Shown one piece after another: positions 56,626 through 64,000 of a stretch of 64,000 bases of DNA. Both the position numbers and the translations under genes were made by a program. Each line of letters starts with the position of its first letter. The stretch's first letter is position 1. The stretch spans positions 264,280 to 328,279 of the forward strand of contig NMRA01000243.1 of assembly GCA_002633005.1 (NCBI GenBank), given 5' to 3'. A model generated the notes under the pieces. The model ran no database searches. It was not told where the DNA came from and saw nothing but the letters and a program-made list of their open reading frames with translations. Source of the stretch: Phoronis australis. Taxonomy: Eukaryota; Animalia; Phoronida.

Positions 56626-59600
56626 ATGGACTGTCCTGGATCCCAGGATTCAGTTCAGGCTTCCAACTTGTTCGCCGATGACCTGTTCCAAGATCCGCCT
56701 GTCTTAAATGGCTACGGCCACCACATTGGGAGTTCAGGTGACTCTAGTCCAATGTCCGACTTCCAGCCGTGGTCCAGCTTTTCGGACTTTGGTCAGTACC
56801 ACCAGGGGCCATCTTGGTCAGCATTTAGTGTCGGATCCGACCTATGTGGCCTGTCGGGACTGACAGGGTCATCTGAGAATCTCCATCGCCGTCCGAGGAG
56901 TAGCAGTGCGTTGTCCTCCTACAGCGACTATCTGGCGGCATTTGACGAGTCCGAGCTTTCTGGTCAGGCTAACTGCATCAGCCATGCAAGTGCGGATGGT
57001 CTTGATACCATGCACTGCGATCCGTTAGTTCACTCTGGGCGTAATCTGTACCAAGAAGCCATGAACCAGTGGACAAGTATGGCACCCCAGGGAAACTACG
57101 ATCCCTTTGGTAATCATCTGGAATCCACCAAATTGCCTACCAAGCCCAGTTACTCTGAAGTTGCCAAAAATCGCCCCGCTCCTCAGCGCTCCACCAATAA
57201 CAAGAAGCCGGAAAAGAACCTGCCTCGTCCTCCGGTCGACGTTACTGCACTCACCCGTAAGAAGGGTCGCGTGCCCAGAGCTTTCAACAACCCCCGAGCA
57301 CGACCCAAGTCATTTACACAAGGGGCGCCAGTGGTTAAGCCCAACTCAAAGTATGGTTTGGACGAGTTTGACGTTCCTGGCCAGGAGAAGGAGAAATTAC
57401 GTCGCAGTGTCAGCGCCGACCCCCTCAATCACAGTCGCCGTGGTAGCTGCAGCAGTGTTGCTAGTAGTAACGCGAGCCACACGGACGACCCCGCACACAA
57501 GATATCAAACCTCAATAAGTGTGAAGGCAACGAGCCCTCCACCAAGATGACTGGTGCTGATCAAGTGGCAGCGGCAACCAAACCCAAATCGTCATCAAGA
57601 GACGACTCGAGGGCTAACTCTGTCAAACAGAACAACGAGACCCAGACAGAGAAAGTGTTCTTTGATCCGCGGCGAATTTTCCAGTCGTCTCCTAGAAAGG
57701 TGTCTAACACCGCGGCGAAACCGAAAAACCGTGACCGTCCGGCAACCATCTTGAATAACGACACCACGCGGTTGCAACCATCATCTTCTAACAGTTCCTC
57801 AGTACACAAGGCCACCTACATCAACAATAATCTTCATGAGGGGATGGAGTCGCGCAAGAGGACCAACACTGAGGTGAAACAGGACAATGTCCCCTCTTTT
57901 GAGGCTACGTCTGGCAGCAGTAGTAGTGCAAGCACTGTGAACATCAGCTTTCTGTGTGAGTCACCATTTTTGAAATTTACGTGTTACTTGTTCATTACAT
58001 TATATGGTGTTTGGCTTGTCGATCATTTTTAACTGTAGTGTGTGGAAAATGTTTGGCCTGCCTGTAGTTTTTCAGACGTTGCATGTATGTAGTATTAAGG
58101 TTAGTGAAAGAAAAATATGATGGCCAAAATTAATTATCATGGTGAACTTAACTGAAGACTGATTTTCCTCTTGAGAAAATAACGTTATTTTGATTTTTTT
58201 CTGCTGGTAAAAATTGCCTAATCAGCTGTTTTGTAAACATTTGTTATCAATGTGTGCCATGACACAGTTACTCAGACTGATAGTGGACCTTGAATGCTGT
58301 ATTGTTGACATGTTTTCAGTGTCTGGCCTGTCAGTTGCCTACCAGTGGATTACGTGGTTCTTGAAAAAGTCGACAGCTTGCATTCTCGTTGTGCTGGTGC
58401 TGGCCTTGAAAGTCCTCTGGCTGGCGTGAGTATAAATTGTCTGCGGGTTTCTGCAATGCCTGCGGATTGCTGCATCTTTAGAACTGATTTTAATTTTCTG
58501 TGAGACTGTGCGGAGGCCCAAACCCGAGTTGGTCCAGCATGGCAAAAATAGTGCTCCTGTTCCCCACCCTGGACACAGTGCAGTCGGGAAAACTAAATTT
58601 TTTTAGTGTAATTTTTTTGCGACATACGTAGAATCAAAATAAAGCAAATCCCGCCACTGAAATACAAGCGTGCCTCAACATCGCAGTAGTCGTTAACCTG
58701 ACATGTTCTCGACCAGTGTCGCTGCAGTTTTGTTCACAACATAAATTTGAACTTGTAGGAATTATAAATCTCACAAAAAAGTTCAAAAATCTGTGACCGG
58801 TAATGACTGTGAGTTCAGGTTCTGCCCAGCTGTCTTGACGGCGTATTCAGCGTCATTCTTTCCGAATACTTTCGGCGTGCACTGTAGGTGCGAGGTTATT
58901 ACCCTGTAAGTCAAAGTTGTCACCAGTTTCCCGTTATTCACTCGGTGGACTTGACAAGATGTGTCTACCTGTAGCTGACGTGTTTGTGTTTGTCTTGAAT
59001 GAATTGCGTGGGGAGAGAAGCTGCATTGAATGTGATATGGGGAAACCATATGCAGCTGGATTTCCTAAGTATTGGTGTACGATGCTGTTTCTTCGTGCGT
59101 TCTTATTCTTGCAAAGTTCAGGTTTGAATGGCATTACACGGTCGTTTTTGCTTATAAGGTAAACACTTGGCTTGTTCTTTTGTGCATTGGATGCAACGCA
59201 TTTCAATTACTAATAACAAGTGATTAGGGCCAAGACCACTGTTTGAGACTGTTCTTGACCTTATTACTGGTCTGGGTCAACAAAAACCCATTTTACACCC
59301 TGTCTCGAGACGCATGAAACGTCCTCAATGGGTTTTCTCAAAGATGAAAAATTCTACAAAGCTATGTCTTTTTGCCTTGCTACATTCACTGGAAAAAATT
59401 TGAGGTGGCAAAAGTTGGGATTTTTGCATTTTTCTATCTAAAATCACAAATTCACGACTACCCCGGTACCAGAGGAGGCCAGAATCCAAATGCTCTTCGA
59501 CTCTAGATTCCCGAAATTTAGGTTGAAATATGTCATCACCAACCAGATTTTTGCAAATTTCTGTTAACAAATTCTCATTTTGTATTGGTTGCAGCTTCTT

Positions 59601-62600
59601 GACGGGTCTATACTATTTGATGGTTTTGGTGCAAAAAATCTGGTTTTTCATTAAGAAGAAGGTCCTTCGTATGAAAGGATTACCCGATGGTGGTCAGTAC
59701 GACTGGTCCAAGTTTCCACGGCAACCTCGTCAGGAAGGATTAGAGGAAAACATAACACTGCCAACAACTGGTAGGTTTCCTGCTCGTCAGTCGACAGTCA
59801 TGAGTGCTTGTTGAGAAAGTAAAATCTGTGATACGTTCAATTTTAATTTCATTTTTATGCGCCCACATATTTATATGTGTACGCATTATGCCGTCATCTC
59901 TGTCCGTCTGTCCGTCCGTCCGTCCGTCCGGGCGGCGTCCGTCTGGCGTCCGGCGTCTGGCGTCCGGCGTCCGCTGCTCTATCTCCAAAACCCTTTGACA
60001 TACGTTCATGAAATTTGGCACATATGTTCCATTCATGAATGGGACGGCATGTGCGAACTTTCGGACGGATCCGACTACCGGTGTGCCCCCTAGTGGCAAT
60101 TTTAGTTTTTTACGCTTACCTTTGTATCTTCAAAAGTATTGAACGGATTTTCATGAAATTTGGTATGTAGGCACCTATTAGTGAGATGACGCTATCCTAC
60201 TGTTTTCAGATGGATTCGACGTAGTTTGCGCCACCTAGTGGCCATTTTTACTGTTTTCGAGTCTGTATTTTTGCGTCCACCCCTCTATCAACCAAACCGC
60301 TCAAAGGATGATTGTGAAAATTGGCGTGTATGTGCTTACTATAAGGAAGACAGCTGACAATGATTTTCAGACGATTTGGACTACTGTGGCGCCTCCTAGT
60401 GGCAGTTTTGTTTTTTTGCGCCCATGGCTGTATCTCCCAAACCGTTTGCAGGATCTTTACTAAATTTAGCAAGTGTATTTATGTGATGTTGACAACGGAC
60501 GATGACGACTTTAGGATGATTCTGATTACCGGTATGCCTCTAGTGGCAATTTTAGTATTTGCCTCTAGTGGCAATTTTAGTATTTTACATTGACCTCTGT
60601 ATTTTCATAGGTCTTCAGGTGTATACTTTGTGTTACTTCGTGACTGTGAAGGAAAAGTTCCAAGTAGAAATTTGTTTCTGGCATTCTAATGCTGTGCTAA
60701 TCTCGTATGTTGGTAAATTTGTTTTTAATTCTATGTTTCTGTGGTGCTTTAAGCAACTGGTGTATAGGATGTGCTTGTATTATGAAGATTACTCACATTT
60801 TGCCCCTAGCCTATTGAGGAGACAATGACCATGCCTTTCCATTTTGCAAAGTATGCCCTCTACTGGCCACTTTATGGTACCAATAAACAACCCTAGAAGG
60901 ATACCGTATGCGATGCAATTGTGGGCGCATTTCAACGCTCCGCGTTGCTCTTGTTTATCATTTGTTCTGAAATATGACTACTGCAATTCCTTTAGCAGTC
61001 AATGTGGCTGACGAAAAAAATTTTGTTATGTCAAATTTCTATGCAAAAATAGTCAGAAAATTTTAATATATTGCTAGCATTGTTGGTACTGTGTAGATGT
61101 AAAACAGTGTGTAAAGTCTCCATTATTTGCAGTAAAGTAATCAGCCTTGTGAGAAATGACAATTTTGCCAATCATTTTTGTGCCAGAGAATTGCAGTACT
61201 GTAAGGTTGCTTATGCAAATGTGTTTGAAAGTTGCTTGTGTGTGTAAAACGTTTTTCAGAATGCATGTTTCTTAATGTTAAAAAGATTATGTTGGACCTT
61301 ATCCACGAGACTGTGTGCAGTTAGTCGGACATCTAGAAAACTACAAATTAACCGCATTTTTTCAGAGTAGAAAACTTTATACCAGTCTTTCATAAATTGG
61401 GCGACTTGACCGTGTCTGGAGTAAAATTAAGCAAAACAGAAATTAAAGTACATTCATAGGAACCCAACGATACCAGTAACATGGCCAAATTTCATTTGGA
61501 AAATGTTCCAAGGTGTAATTTCAAGAAAGCTGTTACAGTTTTTTGAAATATTTCGTTTTCGCTTCATGCAACTTTTGATTTTTCATAAAAATCGTGAAAG
61601 TCCTGTGTGTATAGCCGTCATGCAAAAGTGGAACTTTATAAAACAATCCAGACAGCGTTTTGGAAAACAGTGCATAGTTTCATACAAATCCGATTAAATG
61701 ATTTCTGGAATATGTGTGACTGGTGTTGTAGCAGACCAAAAGGTAAAGCCACATATTACCATGTTAATGACTAAAATGAAAATCGAATCCGTCAGTGACT
61801 GACAAAAACGCTTCAGAGATTACTGTGGTTGGCCGACACTAAAATTCGATAATGGCACGTGTACGCATTGCTGGTTGAGCTGTTAACAGAAATGGAATCC
61901 TAACAGTATGCTATTGATCACATTTTGTTTTTGGCCAAAACATGAGGACAAACTTAAAGACAATTAACCGAAACGGCGATCAATATGTCTTTGCTTTCAT
62001 ATGCGCTGATTTTAAAGTTTGTACTCGTATTACAGTAATGTATATACATATATGTATATGATAAGACTTGATTTGATGGAGTAAAGACCGAATTGGGATT
62101 TCATTTTATAGGCAGCTAAACAGGACGGAGTGCAGCTTTAAGTAATGTTGATTGCGTTCATGGCTCGTTTGTTTATTTCATTTTATTCACATTGTAGTGC
62201 AGACTAACATTCTTGCTATTTTAACCCTACAGGTGCTGAGGCAATGAAAAGGCTTCTGTCCTATAAAGGGAAAGACCCATACAGGTAATATCACAGTTAG
62301 TATTGTGTGTCATTGAAGTGTTAACACCCATACAGTTAACATTACAGTTAGTGCTGTCTGTCATTGAAGTGTTTACTAACATAGACATTTCATAAATCAG
62401 TAATGGTATTCACTTAACCCTTTTTGAGTAAAATTGATAGCATTATATATCAGTAACTAATACTTCAATATCACCTGGTGATAATTATCAAAAGTGCATA
62501 ACGAAGCACTACTTTTAGATCAGTAAGCATTAAATCTCAACATGCCATTGCATTATTAACTAATGATGAAGTGAAATTGATGAAATTGCTAGATTGCAAG

Positions 62601-63886
62601 TACGTGTTTTTCTTTTGTTCATCGATTTTTTATTTGCAATGGCATATCTTCGAAAATGGGCAAAGTGTGGCTGTATTGTTAATGGATGTGCAAAGTAATG
62701 ATTGCAACCTAGCTGGAATTTGTAGTTGTGGAGTTGTGGACTCATCCAAGGGCAGTATTATACAATGAGAAATTATACCCTTAGCTACTACCTTATTTTA
62801 AATTTTTGATTGTGATTTACACGTGTATCTTCTGTGGCTTGCGGGCATACCTGTTGTTTTTATGTGGTCAATAAATAGCAAGATTCACAGACTGAATAGA
62901 ATTCATTGTTCTGAGTTAATGACTTCTAATGACTCGTATCTATATGTTAGTATGATGTTTTGCACGTTATTGGTGGGGTTGTTGTTGTTGTGTTGTTGTT
63001 GTGGTGGTGTAAAGAATCAATAATTATTCTGTAGCTTGTCCTTGCTTGTGGTGTAGTTGAATCAAGAATGTTCTGAATTCCTTTTCAGTATTCTTGGTTT
63101 ACGACACGACGCATCTGATGACGATATAAAGCGATACTATAAAAAGCAAGCGTTTCTTGTTCACCCTGATAAGGTGGGTCATTGTCTTCCAGTATGGTAG
63201 ACTCTGGTATATAGGGTCACGGCCTTATGTTCAAGTGCATCTTATATTCATGCATATATTTGGGATAATTGCAGATAAGGCCAAGCAAAAGCATAGTTGG
63301 TTCTGGTCTTTATCTCTATAAGGCCAAGCAAAAGCATACTACAAAAATGTCGCTCGCATCAATTTCAGCCAAGGTCCTGGGTTTTTTGGAATTCTGTACA
63401 AAGGCAAGTAAATGAGGGTAAGCAAGGTTTGAAACACCGTGCTTTGCCAAGTGATGAGTAAAAATTAAAAAATAAATTACATATCATTTTTGCTCGGTTC
63501 AGGTGAATTTTCTTTTTTGAAAAGGAAGCTTGATTTTCAAAAAAAATCATGATAACCAACTGTGTAATGTTTTTTGGCCTAATCTATTATACTTCTAAGG
63601 CCATGTCCTTCAGTGGCCATTACATGTAAAGGCGAATATCGTACTAATTTGAAATCAATATGAGCTTATCTTATCTAAGTTTCTTATCACATGCTGTGAC
63701 AGTTATGACTTGGAGTTTCACTCGCTGCAATCAAGCTTGAAGAATCGTGGTTATCGCAGCATACGAGTTGAGATTCAGTTGTGACTGTACAACCAGACTT
63801 GTTTTTACTCCCTGTAGAACCCTGAACCTGGAGCTGAGGAGGCCTTTAAGATTCTAGGACGTGCCTTCGAACTTATAGGTGACCCG
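56626..63886 (+). CDS. DNAJC14: DnaJ homolog subfamily C member 14 (DNAJC14-like), 5' portion; continues beyond the window
   Basis: Exons 56626-57955, 58320-58425, (possible microexon 58888-58905), 59595-59770, 62233-62284, 63089-63173, 63818-63886. Phases join. Long low-complexity N-terminus, hydrophobic segments, then ENITLPTTGAEAMKRLLSYKGKDPYSILG..IKRYYKKQAFLVHPDKNPEPGAEEAFKIL (J domain with HPD), as in invertebrate DNAJC14. Confidence 0.88.
59852..60590 (+). mobile_element. Helentron/DINE-like non-autonomous element with (GTCC)n microsatellite and four ~150-bp core repeats
   Basis: T-rich start, GTCC/GGCGTCC repeats 59900-59972, core units with TAGTGG at 60091, 60236, 60397, 60541. Confidence 0.82.
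61360..61715 (+). mobile_element. Old interspersed repeat fragment
   Basis: Homologous to 10560-10960. Confidence 0.6.
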
Positions 63887-64000
63887 GTAAGTCAGCATTA
63901 TGTTGGCAGTTGTTAGAGGTCTTCAAGGGCTGTGTGATGTGACATTGCGTCTGCACATCCGGAACTTACAGCTAGTGTGACTATTAAGTTGGGACATGCG

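Noticed and set aside
59900-60580. CRISPR-like regularly spaced repeats
   Set aside because: The units are homologous along their full ~150 bp with no unique spacers; eukaryotic intron, no cas genes.
62290-63345. Short local duplications (62292-62375; 63275-63340)
   Set aside because: Ordinary small tandem duplications or MITE ends with no further structure.

Overview
Eukaryotic (animal, apparently invertebrate bilaterian; species not determinable) draft-genome window with spliceosomal genes. There is no prokaryotic content and no CRISPR array. Six protein-coding loci were reconstructed by reading splice phases: exon 1 of GET3/ASNA1 (-, runs off the left edge); an intronless ESS2/DGCR14 (+) head-to-head with it; a 17-exon HECTD3 E3 ligase (+, 840 aa, one GC-AG intron); a single-ORF GT31 beta-1,3-glycosyltransferase-like gene nested antisense in HECTD3 intron 13; a 7-exon otopetrin proton channel (-, 631 aa); and the 5' part of DNAJC14 (+, runs off the right edge). 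Two N-joined duplications look like uncollapsed haplotypes. Introns hold many non-autonomous elements: CA..TG MITEs with 5-bp TSDs, a Merlin-type MITE, tRNA-derived SINEs and Helentron/DINE-like elements. The best leads are CTCF-consensus motifs in the ~150-bp core units of the Helentron-like element, a GT31 protein with a degenerate DxD motif and C-terminal membrane anchor, one MITE family upstream of two different genes, a MITE carrying a tRNA-like Pol III module, and an otopetrin with His at the conserved TM4 Gln. Gene identities come from remembered family motifs; no searches were run.
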